The notes beneath the pieces were generated by a model. That model worked only from the letters and a program-made list of their open reading frames with translations, was not told the DNA's origin and ran no database searches. The translations under genes were made by a program, and so were the position numbers. Of a stretch of DNA of 64,000 nt, positions 36,101 to 48,980 are shown piece after piece; position 1 is the first letter of the stretch; every line of letters starts with the position of its first letter. Source of the DNA: Marsupella aquatica (Eukaryota > Plantae > Marchantiophyta). The stretch is from contig OZ316896.1 in NCBI GenBank assembly GCA_973895155.1, positions 6,438,166 through 6,502,165 on the forward strand, written 5' to 3'.

Positions 36101-38968
36101 CACCTTGGCCACGTATAACCAAGGGTGGCCAATCAATATGGGAAACCCGTATGGCCTGACCGGCCGCATTACCAAGTAATTGAGGGGAAAGGATTTTCCT
36201 CCAATCATTGTGGGTATCCTGGTGAGGCAACCCAACGGTACCACTCGGGCACCATCGGCCAGCCTCGTAGCTCGTGTAGGTGGCTCCAACTCTGTGTATC
36301 CTAATCGGTTTGCCGTCTCTTCAGTCATGATGTTGACTCCTGAGCCCCCGTCCACTGGTACAAACTGTATTGCACATCCGTTGATGTCTATCGTGAGTTC
36401 TGGGGCACCCAAATCTTCCGTGACCCAATTGACTTGAATGGGGTCAGCCCCTACCCTGGGTAACCTCCTTCTACGCCGTCTTCCCATAAGCATCTCTTTG
36501 ACTTGGTGGCGGTAGAGGGAGCTATCACGTAGTAGTTGGCCAATGGTGGCAGTGACTGGGCAGTCAAGTATGTCTTGAGTGATGTTGTATGTAGTTGCAG
36601 GAGGTATGGGTGGGATGATCTCCTCTCCTGGTTTCCAGCGAACAACCTTCTCCTCCGCTTTCTTTTTGGCCCTTGCCTCCTCCATGTCTTTGTCAATGGC
36701 CACTTGCATGGCTTGTGCTTCTAGCTCCTCTAGTTGCTTCCGTACTTCCTCTCCTACTTTGGGGTAGAACAACTTGGGGTTGTCCCGGTCAAAGTCGCTA
36801 TCTTCCATGGGTGGCACCTTTGGTTCGTGTGATGTGCCTAAGGTGGAAGCTTGATGCACCTCCTTGTATTTTTGCTTCTCAATGGACTTGTCCTTCTTCT
36901 TCCCAGATCGAGTGGAGACCCGATAACAAGAGTAATGCCTCCTCTCATCGTCGCTGTCCACCTCCGGTAGAGTCTCCATGTGAGTCCACTCGTGACTTGG
37001 TGGTGTGTGCGCAACGACCTCTGAAGCTACAACAGCAACCCTAGGTGCCTCCACAACTGGAGATACTACAACGACTGAAGATACCAACTCCTCTTTGATG
37101 GTGGCCAGCTTCTGGTTGGGGGTGTCCACTACGGCCTCTTCTTGTTTGATAACCAGTCCTCTTTCAGGCGGGGTCAAAGGGGTGTCGACTGCTTCCGTTG
37201 TGAGAAAGTTGACGTTAGCTTCCTTGAGAGGTGGTGGGGGTCCCTTCTTCTCTGGTACCCCGGCTTGTTGAGCTTTGAACGCTTCCAATGTTGGGCAGTG
37301 TGGTGCAAGATGACCCTCTCCCTTGCACAACTGACACAACCGGGAAAAATCTCCATTTCCTTGACGTGTGGGCTCCGGGCACACATTAGCATAGTGGCCA
37401 GCCACTCTACAATTGTAACAAATAGGAATCTTTTTCACTCCAGGATACGGTGCTCGATTTCCCGGAGTAGCACTGGGATAGTTGGAGTATGATGGTGCTC
37501 CAGCATTAGTTGAGACGCCATGAATGCTCCTAGGTCCCGGGTTGAGAGGTTGTACACTATACACATTGGCCTCTGGTGGCTCCTCCATGAAGTACTCTAC
37601 TGGCCCTTCCGTTGCATAGGGAGGCGTTGAGTAGCTTGCCCCCTCACCGTCCTCCTCCCGTACTTGGAAAACCTTGGCCGGTTCTCCCGTTGGGCACTCT
37701 TTTGGGGCATGGCCAAACTTCATGCACTTGGTACACCACACATTGGCTCTCTCCCCCAGAACTTTTCTCCTCTCTGGCTTGAGTCCTGCAAAATGCACTT
37801 TCAACGCTTTCATTTGCTGTGTCAACTCGTCGTACCTGGCCTCTTGCTCCTTCAGACGTCTTGCCGTTGACAATGGCGTAACGGCCACCGTGGGTAGTAC
37901 CACTTCACGATGAGAGGACTTCTTGATCTTCTTGGACAACTTTTTCTTCTTCTTCCTCCATTTTTCAGCTTCTGACTCCGTAGTGTCTGACTCCGTAGTG
38001 ATCTCAGAATCCTCAGATTCATCACTACTATCCGACTCAGATGCACTCAATTCATCACTAGAGGAACTGTCAACCGGCTTCAGCTTCTTACGTCAACAAT
38101 GTTTGCTTGTGGCATCAGCTGCAGTGTATGACTCAGCTGCTGCAATAGCTTCAGCCAATGTGGTCGGCTTGGCTTGACGTACAAAGAACCCCATCTTGCT
38201 TGGTAGGGCAGCTACAAACCACGCTTGGCGCATAGCATCATCGGTACGGGCTTGTATCCGTCGTACCAACTTTTGGAACCTTTGCAAAAACCTCCGTAAT
38301 GACTCCTTCTTCTTCATTCTGAGTTGGCCCACCTTCAAAAGTGAGGTGGCCTCCACTCCAATGGATCTGAACTCCTTCAAGAAGGCTTGCTTGAATAAAG
38401 CCCAATTGGCTTTCACATTGGCCAACAAGGAGATGAACCATGGGCCTGCCTCTCCCCTCATCATTCCAGGAATGATAGTGAGCTTGTGTGCAGACTCCCC
38501 ATTAGCTTCGGCTATTCCCTCAAACTCCTCAATCCATTCATCGGGATCATCCTTCGGCCTACCCTTGAAAGGTATGTACTGAACACGGGTACGTTGAGCA
38601 GCGGCCATGTGAACTATTTGGGGTAGCGCGGACCTCCGTGCCACTGGTAGCAGTGCAATGGGCTCCGGACTTGGACTCCGTGAAAGCTCCCGTTGCACCA
38701 CCCCAAAGAGCTCCCTCTGCTCTAGCGCTTGGTCTGCTTCTAGTTCATCGTCTACACGTATGGCTTCGTTATGTTGAGCCGCTTCTTGGTGTACTCCATG
38801 ATGTCCTCCTAACTCTAGTGGCAACCTCCACTCCTCAGCAAGTTGTAATCGTTCTTCGGCCGCCAATCTTTGTCTAGTACCAATCCAAGATGGCCCTTGG
38901 CCTAGCTCTGGTATTGGCGTATGAATGCGTTGGGGAGTTGCTCTACCTCCCCTTCTCCCTCTCGGCAT
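33137..38968 (-). pseudogene. Gag-pol of the Athila-like element (gag, 3 CCHC knuckles, protease, RT, RNase H, integrase N/core)
   Basis: Retrotrans_gag-like ORF 38093-38968. CTKCMKFGHAPKEC, CYNCRVAGHYANVC and CQLCKGEGHLAPHC plus protease VDGGSG in 36080-38050. RT FIDDF, RNase H YVDVS and integrase H..H..CDPC / WGIDF / SDRG / ERAN in 33078-35372. Broken by frameshifts. Confidence 0.93.
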
Positions 38969-39185
38969 CCCATTGAGTCCTGCATGCCAAGCTCACCAAA
39001 AACAATGTCACCAACAAATCTTCTCACACATCAATCGTCGCAAGTTGCGTTATGGTTGATGCACAATAACAAAGTAACCAAAGAACTTCTCAAGTATCAA
39101 CCGTCGCAAGTTGCGTTGTGGTTGATACACCTGAAATCCACATAGACGTAGCTCCCCTCCTTCTGCAATCAAACAAGAAGAAGGT

Positions 39186-39204
39186 ATCCCCGGCAGCGGC
39201 GCCA
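39186..39204 (-). other. Primer-binding site complementary to plant tRNA-Asp
   Basis: The minus strand reads TGGCGCCGCTGCCGGGGAT, matching (1 mismatch) the complement of the plant tRNA-Asp(GUC) 3' end, TGGCGCCGTTGCCGGGGAT. Confidence 0.85.
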
Positions 39205-39223
39205 AAAACAAGGACCTCACCTA

Positions 39224-41139
39224 TGTCACCTGCTTATCAAACGACTAACACAACAAACACCACATGGTTCCACTAAAAATTGTTTGTATCGTATGACGGG
39301 GACGTGGAGGGACGCTATATGGATCAATTTCATACTAAGGATGAGTAGATTCGTTTCCGCTCCCGGAAATGTATTTTTTGATCAAGTCTATCGACTATAC
39401 GTAATCTGCTTTTGATCAAGTCCCATGGACTACCTTGCTTCTACTCCTCCTGGCCTTTGGCAAAGTGCTGTCACCACTCTCCCACTCACAAGGTCGACCA
39501 AGCCATGTAAGTTTCTCTAAATACTCATACTAGGGGAAGAACACAATCGTGCAACCAAGAGAGGGAACAACACACAAGAAGTCATGAAAATCCAACCGAA
39601 TCCATATCTATTAGTGGCCAAGGTAACACATTGCATGGGCAACCCGGTCTCCTACCGTCTACCCAACTCCTGCCTCACGGGACAATGAGCCTCTCCACCT
39701 CAATACTCCAGATTAATTCCCTACTCTTGTTGAAGGCTAATCCTCACAAAAACAACACTAGACTGAGTTCCCCCCTGCTCCTACTGGGGGCTGCTGGTTA
39801 AATACCGAAAACAACAATGCGTGAACACACAAGCCCTAGGGTGTGGCGGCGGCCACTGCCCTGGCTGGCCGCCATCTGCTGGCGGCGCCGCTAACCTAAA
39901 AGTTTTCTACACATGCGGCACACATATGCACCCCTAACCCTATTGCTACCTAAGTGAGGCCAACGGTGCCTTCATCGGCCATCACACCAACTAAACAAAA
40001 CTAGACTAATGTCCTATGTAGGCCATGGCCTACCTTCCTACTATGGGGCGGCCAACACCTCCCACTACTCTGGCCATGGGAATAGCCGAAAGTAGAAGTT
40101 ACTCGAAATTTGGTCCTGAGAAATTTTCTGAGTAGCCACGGCCATCCTGATCGTAACCCCGAAAACGGCTCCCAAAACGGACATCAGACGCCCGAGATAT
40201 GGCCTACCGAGTCTCAAATCCTACCACGGCCAGCGTCACATCCAAATCGTCCGTACGGTCTCGGCCCCCCATCACGACATCAAATTGAGGTACCCTGGCC
40301 ATGGCCACATGCCCTGACTTGGCCGGGTCACCTTCTTGAAGTCCGTACGGCACCGAACCCTCATTTTTCACAAAAACGCTCCGGTCTATATCTCTCTCAT
40401 TTTAACTCCGTTTGAGGCGTGTCTTACATCATTAGATTCAGCTTGACGAGCTCCTTCCAATAAGCCCATGAGTTCTTGATTTTGAGAAGATTGAAAATTT
40501 CGACTTTTGTGTGGCCAAGGTCCGTACGGCTACCGTACTAACCGTCATCTGACTACTTGCTTGTAGTAAGATCCTCATCTATGGATTGGCCACTGGAACC
40601 CACACTGTCCTCCTGGCCGGGGTCTCACTGGGCTTGCCCTCCGGTGGCCAGGGCCTCTCCCCTCAGACCGCCTTACTGTTGGCCAACACCCTCCTTGGTC
40701 GACTTGCTGCCTTGCAGGCCGCCTGCCACCCAGGTCGGCTTCTTCCTCTCTGGCCGGCTTGTTGTTTGGCCGGCGCCCAAAAGTGATGCTTGGCCACTCT
40801 CGCCTTTCGACCCGGCCCCCATTACGTTAATACTAGGGCCGCTTAAAAATAAAAAGATAGGAATCCCCCAACGCCTACATGGAAGGGCATTAGGGTACAT
40901 GCCTTGTCTTGCCCCGGCCAGTGGCCAACCCCCCCTTATCCTGAGGCTTGGCCGACAACTAAAATTAAGAGGACATAAAAACCATCAACACTCACCTCAT
41001 CTTATTGTACGTAAACTATCTTTGGTGAGGTTGTAAGAGAACAAAAGGAAAAAAAAACTTGACACAAATCTATTTATTTACATGTGTGCGTCACTACTAC
41101 CCTTTAAAATCATTCCTTGGGACCATTGGCCCCGTCACA
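39224..41139 (-). repeat. 5' LTR of the Athila-like element
   Basis: tgtcacctgc...ccccgtcaca, flanked by the TSD ctcac at 41140-41144. Confidence 0.95.
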
Positions 41140-41144
41140 CTCAC

Positions 41145-43500
41145 ATATTAAGATGACTTCCAAAGGCCATGGGTCTGAGGTGGATCTTTTGCGGCAAATG
41201 CAACCTGGAGGGATGCTTGAAGGTGCTTGGGTAAGCTTTGATGTCATGAAACAAATGACCAAGGATTGGGTGACTTTCAGCGCACACGTTTATGATCACA
41301 ATTACCGCGCATTGTGTACAATATTTACTTGCGAGGTAAAAGTTGAGGACACGACGTCGTTCGAGAAGGCTTGGAGATTAATGATTGAGGTTTCCAAAGA
41401 GAATGGGTTAGATAATCCAACCATTCATGGCTTCATGGCAGACAATGCCCAAGCCGGATGGTTAGCAGTCCGGAATGTTTTTTTTGGAGGGCACCCAAAC
41501 CCTGAACGGGAGAGGACGGACGCTTTCCATTTTTACCAAGCTTTTCATCGCCATTCTGTTGAAGGAGTGTTGGAAGAGAAGTAGGCAGAACTTCGAATGC
41601 TATGGGATAAATTATGGAATGCACCGACATTTGTAGAGGCTTACCGACTTTCAAGAGAGATTGACCTATGGTGGCAGTTGGGTAACAACTTACTTGGAAA
41701 GCTCCAAATGCTTCAGAGTTGGATATCGTGGTGGGTTGTGCGTTGGAGGCAGTGGGGAAATTTTATTTGCTTGGTGAGTAATAGCGCCTGGCGCTAGTAA
41801 TATGCAAGTCAGATTCCTTTGTAGAAGTACATTTTTCAAATGACATTCCTCAACATTCCATCCAAAGAATCCAAATAATGTAATTGATTCTCAAATATTG
41901 ACCTGTTTATTTTCATAAACATGTGATTACACAATAATATTGATGGTTTTGTCAAAATGTTCTGCCTAGCGCCTGGCGCTAGTATGTTTTGCGGATTCTT
42001 ACTAGTGTTTATGCTTTGTCGTTCCAGGACAAAAGTGCTGAAGAAGGCGCTAGGATTCCTAACTATACCGGATCAAAGTTTGTTCACGTAGGAATGAAAG
42101 CATGGATAATGAAAAAAAGTTGGGCTCTTCGAGGCATGTGAAATGGATCAGAATCGAGCTATATCTCAGGTTGCAGCATATATCGCATATCGAAAAGGAT
42201 TGAGTAGAGGAAGAGGTCCTACAATATGGGAACTAACTTTCCGTTCAGCAGACCAGGCAGGTTCCCCAAAGCTGTTCGAGGATGCGATGAACATGCTCCT
42301 CTCCAATGCAGCTAAGTTTGACTTGGAGAGAAGCGTTCCTCTCAATGGAGATGTTGTAACAAAGTCTGTCAAGAGGAAAGGACCTGCAACTGGGATTGTC
42401 TCGCCACAAGACTCCCACCGGCATGATAAAGTCCTTATCACATCGCCGAATACCAGATCACTCAAGCGTAAAAATCTGCACCACACAATGTTTGCTTTCG
42501 TATCGGAAGAAAAACCTGATGACATTTTCGTTGTCAATCTCTCAGGAAGTGATGATTCAAGGGATGCAGAACGTGATGATTTCAGTACACCGCAGGGTCA
42601 ACATCAATCACGTTCAACACAATACCCACAAAGCGCTCCCACTGTACTTCAGCAGACATCGCTCCAATCTCCAGTTCTTGAAACAGAAGTCATGCAGGGT
42701 TCATGGCATCTGCGTCAGACATCAAGATTTGGGGCCGGTCCATAGTGCAACGCGTCATTTGGCGGTAGTTCTGAGAGAGATGAGTGTCGAAATAGAGTGA
42801 AGAAAGTTGGGTTCCCCTCATCAAATGGTGTCATTGGCATTGTTGTCAAAGGACAATGCATGTTCAGGGGGGAACCCATAGCCAAAATGATATGGTTCTG
42901 CCCAAACAACACATGTTATCGGAGCCGTCCCCGCCGTGGTGTAGTGAACCTGCCCTCCTTTCCTGATGTTCTTTCTGTTATAAAAGGAACAAATGTTTCG
43001 GATGCTGAGATGAAGTATCTTGTTGACTAGGGAATACCTATAGCCCGAGGAAGAGACGGTCCTCTACCTCCACCATCACTTTTTGAGCTTTGAATCAACA
43101 TAAACTTATTTCCAAAGAGAGTCAATCTTCTGGAACACACTGTTCGTCTCCGGAGTCGGAATGGAAAGAACACGGTTCCTCGATCGACCTTGACCCATGG
43201 TCACATGAAGAGGATTGAATCTGCAAGCTAGAAAAGAGACCATGTTCGTCCAAGGACAGTGGGATGTTTCTATTAGGAACTCATGGGGGAAGCAATTCAA
43301 AGTACAAACACATGAGAATCTAAGGACGTCGAATAGTTACTTTGTGCAGATTTGTATTTTCCCGACTTGTTCTTGTGAGGATTTCTATCGTCGACATTCT
43401 CGCAGACATCCATATATGCCTTGCAAACATTTGTACTGTGTGAGTATCATTGCTAGTTTTACTTTACTCTTTCCTTTCAACATTTTAGAGAAATTTACCT
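41145..43500 (+). pseudogene. MULE transposase, 3' part (DDE core + SWIM zinc finger)
   Basis: GAWVSFDVMK (first D), HGFMADNAQAGWLAVRNVFF (second D), AFHFYQAFHRH (MULE C/D-x-x-H), intron ~41774-42027, and SWIM finger CSCEDF...PCKHL (~43368-43432). Confidence 0.85.
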
Positions 43501-44200
43501 TGGAGGTCTAAGTCTGGATAGCCCTCCAATGGCTCCCTCCTCTATGAATGAAACCTTTGGTGGGCTTAGAATGCTTAGAAACATCTAGGAAAAAGCTTTC
43601 CAATGAGCCTTGCATTTTAGATATCTAGTATCAAGTACATCACATTTTTTTGAATTTTTTGCCCTCCTTGATAGTCGGCCATTTCTTCCTGATCCTTGCA
43701 CAAAACATTTTGCTCTTAAAAATGTTTAGATCCATTTTGGAAAGATATTTCAAATGAGCCTAGCTGTGTCAGATTTGTTAAGCATTTGAAGAGCCTACAA
43801 ATTGCTGGATTGCTCTACACTTCCTTGAACATCTAGCTACAACATCAGCTAAAATGATTTCAAATTTTCCCTTCACGGCATTAAAGTTTTCATGCTTAGA
43901 ATTCTCAGGATTTTTCTGAAACACTTTTTCATTAAGCCTACAATGTTACATTTCATGAAATATTGACGAGCTCACAAATTGTTGAATCTCTCTACACTTT
44001 CTTGAAAGTCTAACTATGTAGTCAGCACAAAATGATAGCAGATTTTTCACTCATCTCTTAATTATACCTTTTATACTTCAACACTTAGAAATGTTTTCGA
44101 GAGAGATTTCCAATGAGCCTTGCCTGAGGGATATGCTTGGTATACCCCCTACCAGTAAAACTTTACTTGATCAGCCCCGAGAAAGTTTTTGCCCTGATAC
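43500..44200. repeat. Internally repeated non-coding TE fragment
   Basis: tttccaatgagcct-like motif four times (~43596, 43748, 43926, 44106) and a ~50-bp repeat at ~43790 / ~43967. Confidence 0.5.
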
Positions 44201-46020
44201 CCCCTCTTAATGAGCCGTACACTCAGTTCTTATATAAGGCAAAAGTGCACGGGTCCCTACTGTACCTTACCTTTTCACCACAATAGTTGCCTCATGTGCT
44301 TGACCATGTATGCAATGGGGCCACACTTTCGTGCTGTGGCACTAGCTCAATTCCTAGCTAGGATTTGAATACATTATGGATGATGTCAAATTGTATTGAT
44401 GTTCTGATAAGTCAAGACGCAATACATTGTGGAGAGCTAGTGTCGCCTTTTCTTGCGGGTTCTAGGCAGGAACATTGTTCTCTCATGGGTTTAGGCAAGC
44501 ACGATTATTTAGTTGGTTTGGGCAAAGGCAATGACAATTTTAGGCACGCACAAAATCAGTAAGGTTTAGGCTTGAAGGAAAGCTTTACCCCGAGTATAAA
44601 CTAGCAATGTGGGAAGGACTCTTTTCTGATAATTTTAATGTTTATGTTTAGGGTGAGCCTTATGTGGTGCGTTTTCCAACCCTCTAACCGATGAAACCAC
44701 CATCAACCCACCATCTACCACTGGTTAATTTATGACTTGCTGATAGCCACTTCATCAGCTATCTGCCTGAGAAACATGCTAACCTTCCTTAGCCACACCT
44801 GCTAGAACAATTCTTTCACTGGACTTGTGAAACCCTGTTGTGCTGAATCCTCACTCTTCTCTTTAACTTAATTGGGTATGTTAGTTTGTATTCCGCCCCG
44901 GAATGTACACATTTGTCTTACTTGTTTAAGCCAGCTGAGGGTCTTTCTCACTACACAACCCACACTTCACTGACAAAACATTCTCAATGCCTCACGTTCT
45001 CTCTGAATTGGGTGCGGCAGTCTCCAATCAAGCTGATGCGATTCACACTCTGTTCACTAGATCCACTCCTTCTGATGTAAATTGATCAAGCAAAATGTAT
45101 TAACAATTCACACTGTTTCTTGGTCTATTGACAAAGACTTGCAAACTAGGCCAACAAAGGCCAACTCAATTCAAGAAATCACACAAAGATTCAAGATAAC
45201 TTGTTGTTTACTCATATCCAGCAGTCCAGATTTAGCCAAGAGCTTCTTTAACTCACAAAGCAATTGATACACTAAAGGCTTAACTGAGAGAAAGCCCAAA
45301 CACCCATGCTGCCAGGGTTTTTATCCCTGCAGCGTTGGGGTCCACATGATCTGCAAGAATCCTAACAATTCAATCACAAGCTTACACCTTGATAATCTTG
45401 TTTATTTTCCTAAATTTAATTGCATTTACACTAAGTTGGAGTACAGGTGGAACCTGACTTCAAACAAGAACTGTCCTAATCCTAGTAGCAAGGTGTGACT
45501 TGCCTTGTTCTATTCTAAAGTAGTTGCACCCTTCTGGCCCAAGCCCGTCTTCTTCCGCCACGTCCTCCCTCCAACCAATGAGTGGCTCCCCTTAATTGTC
45601 AGATGACCGGCAACAACCCCTCACCATCTGGTCATGCACATCCTTCTGATCGACTCTGCCTTAGCCTTGATGGCTTTGGCTTAATTCCTTCCCTAGCTTC
45701 CCGACATTGGCAATGTCCACCCCAGCTACGGCTTTGGTAACGGCCTTGGCCTCAATGTCGGACTTCACTTCCTCCCTCCATGCCTACTCCCTGATCCGCT
45801 TAGTCTCTAATCATTACCATTACCATTACCATCTAACACCCAAGGCTTATCATTACTATAATCTATGAGAGCAAAGCAGTGTCAGAACCCATTTACCATA
45901 GCTCTGAGTTTATCAGCAAAACTTACTTTTATTACGACCATAGTTTCACAAATGTGGGCTGCCATGCTCTCTACTTCCTCCAAGGTTGCCCTCTAAGCGG
46001 TCGGGACGGGTATAGCCACC

Positions 46021-46610
46021 GAGACAGGAAATAGGAAAACAGGAATTCTGGTAGCAAAAAATTGTTTGCTGTTATCAAGAATATGTTGTTGTTACCAGGA
46101 AAAGTTAGTCATTGGAACAGGATAATACTTCATTACTTCAAGCCAGATACATCTGAAAAAAAGCAATATGCATTGCGCTTCATTTACATTCTAGAGCTTA
46201 GAACCAACTAACACGACAACAATTGTTGTCTGATGATAAGTGAGTCCGGAATCACCAACATACTTCTGGAAAATAGTGTCCCAAAAACCACAGACACACA
46301 AACATTTACCAGTGAATGCCATGGGAAAAAACATTGACATGGTAGGTCCCACCATAAGTAACATAATATTATAGGCCGACAATAAGGCAGAAAACCACAA
46401 ATGAAAACTTTGGACAATTTGAAAGACCACCAACGATGGGCTAGCGCCTGGCGCTAGCTAAAATGGAAACAACCAACACATTTAGAAAATGACATTGGAT
46501 GAATGCAGAATGTGGGAAACAAAAATTTAAAATATCATTTCCAGTGATAGGATTACAATGAAGTAAATGATAATAAGGAAAACTTCCATCCCAGCGCCAG
46601 GCGCTAACAT
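46021..46610. mobile_element. Separate terminal fragment of the MULE family
   Basis: agacaggaaataggaaaacaggaattc resembles the ~12453 terminus in direct orientation, followed by palindromes at 46442 and 46592. Confidence 0.6.
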
Positions 46611-48659
46611 AAAACTATACCGTTGTCATACGACAAAAACTAATATAACCATTTCGAGTATAGGACAAATATATCCTTCTCTATAAACCATGAGCATTCT
46701 CCCTCTCCAAGATCAGTCGGACTTCTCCAACTCTGAGAATTGGTTGGCTAGTCAAAGTAGATTCCTCAACGTCTAGTTTGAAAACGGTCTGGAAAACCCA
46801 GTGGAATATATGCTTGGGCTAGGTTTATAGTTAGATAATGAATTAGAGACGAAAGGTAAATAAATAATGAAGGTCGACTTCAATCTTTAATCTTTAATCC
46901 AGGCAATTAGCTTCAATGGTAGATAGAAGCAATTCAAAATTAAGGGGAACCTGGATGAGCATTAATAGGGAAATTGAAATGACTTCATCTTCCAGGTTGC
47001 TCCATGATCCAATATGCTATGTCCATATGATTATAGGTGATCACATACTGTAGGACTCACAAAACAGAGCACAAAAATTTGATATAATACTTAAGAATAT
47101 TTCCAAGGACCTGCATCTCTTATTGAATTTAAGAATGGCTATAGAGAGACAAGAAGTTGGAGTGCGAGAACTAAATAAAAACAATGGCCAAGACCATTTT
47201 TGTACTCTGCCTCTTTTCGCCCTTCTTTAGTAAAGATTAAATGGCTTGATCTGATTTCAGTCAAGAAACCTAAGGCAAGACCAGGAAGTGAAGGAAACTT
47301 TACATAAGTCACTGCTGGTTTTTAGGGCTTGGTGGAAACCACTCCGGTAGGGTTGTGAGCCGAGTCACATGCAAAGATGACAGGAAGGGGAGAAGTGGGA
47401 AATCCTTGTTTAAAACGCGTTTTGCCCAAACCAACCTTCCAGATCGGTGTTTGTCATCACAGGGTCGATGGAACGCATAGCTCAGAACTGAAGTACAATG
47501 CCTAACTCCAGTAGTGGATGACTGTCATTCCTTCGCTCACACACACTGTTCCAGTTCGGGTGCCACTCCGGCGTCTCGTTGGAGGTCCTTTATTTCACAG
47601 ATGATGAGACCTTACAGAGGAGGGAAAAGGTCGTTGAGGAGGCAATCACGATACCACGACCTGGGATTGTGAGATATAAAGGAAACAGGGGTGCGATTGG
47701 GAAGGACCGTCATGCGGTATATGTCGGCTCTGCAGGGTTTCGCTCCTGGGGATGATTTCTTCTAGGCCCTGAAGTTTGTCTGGAGACTCCAAGTTTTGCA
47801 CTCGTCGCAAAGTGAGTTCTCGTAGCATATTTCTTCCACGCAGATTTGTCGATGATTAGGTCATCGCTCCTTGACAGTCGCAGCTTGGACCATCTTGTCA
47901 GCGTAAATATGTAGATGATGCCTAGAGTGGATGATATCTTTTACTTGTTCACCTAGAACATGGCGTGGGTATGTAATTGTGATACATTCTTCCTGAGAGA
48001 CACCTCTACCTTTTATGAAGCTTCCAAGGTATGATTTGCTCCAGGAATTGTCAAGGTAACTGCGACGACGGCCGAATCAAGTTTTGGGCCTCTTTGAAGC
48101 ACTCCTATCTCGGGACTAATTGTTGTAGGTCCACTAGAACGGATTGCGTGATTAGAACACTTCTTACGAGCAACGTTTTTGAGTAGTAGGACTCGTGCGT
48201 CGCAATCGACACATAAAGGTAAAGAAAGCATGCGTAGTGGAGTCGGGTTCTTCTGTTTGTGTAGTTTGTGAACCGAATTCTGACTTGCGGTTGCTAGGAA
48301 ACTCTGCCAAATGGTATTTTCACACACAACAATTAGAGCATAGATATGGATGTAGCCTTGCTTCTTTTAGTGCTGGAATAGCAAGTGTGGGTCTCAACGT
48401 ACTCACATATGAGAGAGTATGAGGGTCGCCGATCATGAAAGATTGAAAACTTGACTGGTTGTACCCATGTGATTGTGGGCAATATCCAAATTCCAGTTGA
48501 ACTCTGAATGAACATGATGGCAATATTCACTTTCGTAACAGTTCCCTCATAGCAGTGTTTACCTACTCGTACCTGAGCTCAATTCAGGACATGCACTGTG
48601 CGTTAGTACTGTCTACAACAGGCTGTGAGGATAAGTGGTCCATGTCAAAAAATGCCAGG

Positions 48660-48667
48660 TAGGGTTT
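48660..48667. promoter_or_regulatory. Telo-box (TAGGGTTT) upstream of eIF5B
   Basis: Exact reverse complement of AAACCCTA, ~320 bp before the ATG. The motif is typical of plant translation-machinery genes. Confidence 0.45.
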
Positions 48668-48980
48668 GGGTTGTGACGGTTGTTACCTGCGACGAACATG
48701 CTTCCTTTTCCCGGCGGGGGTGTTATTCCCTACGCAGGGTTTGTTAGTGACCGACTACTGAAACTTAAACCACATGAAGGATCGTGCAATCTGAAGTTCT
48801 GTACTATCTGTGGACGGTCCCTAAGTATGAATCGGCTTCTCCATGGAAGAAAATAAATTTCTGTTCGTATCTGTAAACTCAGTTGTCTGACATCCAGTTC
48901 CTCTTCGTGTTTCACAGGGAAAGCGTACCATCAAGGTTACTGGTGAGAAGTGAAGATCTCACAAGTTTGCGAATCGTGCT

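Larger units (their letters stand above)
19425..41139 (-). mobile_element. Full-length Ty3/gypsy LTR retrotransposon (non-chromovirus, Athila-like), pseudogenised
   Basis: Two ~1.9-kb TG...CA LTRs, 5-bp TSD ctcac, tRNA-Asp PBS, PPT, and gag-PR-RT-RH-INT order on the - strand. Confidence 0.95.
12446..43500. mobile_element. Large Mutator-like DNA transposon (main copy) with divergent transposase and cargo gene, interrupted by nested LTR elements
   Basis: Putative terminus caggaaaataggaaacaggcattc (~12456) recurs at ~46025. Cargo gene on the - strand, transposase on the + strand. The transposase rejoins across the ctcac TSD (19420-19424 / 41140-41144). Right end not found. Confidence 0.75.

Noticed and set aside
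12446-46050. The 12453 and 46022 segments as the TIR pair of one MULE
   Set aside because: They are in direct, not inverted, orientation and no TSD is evident.
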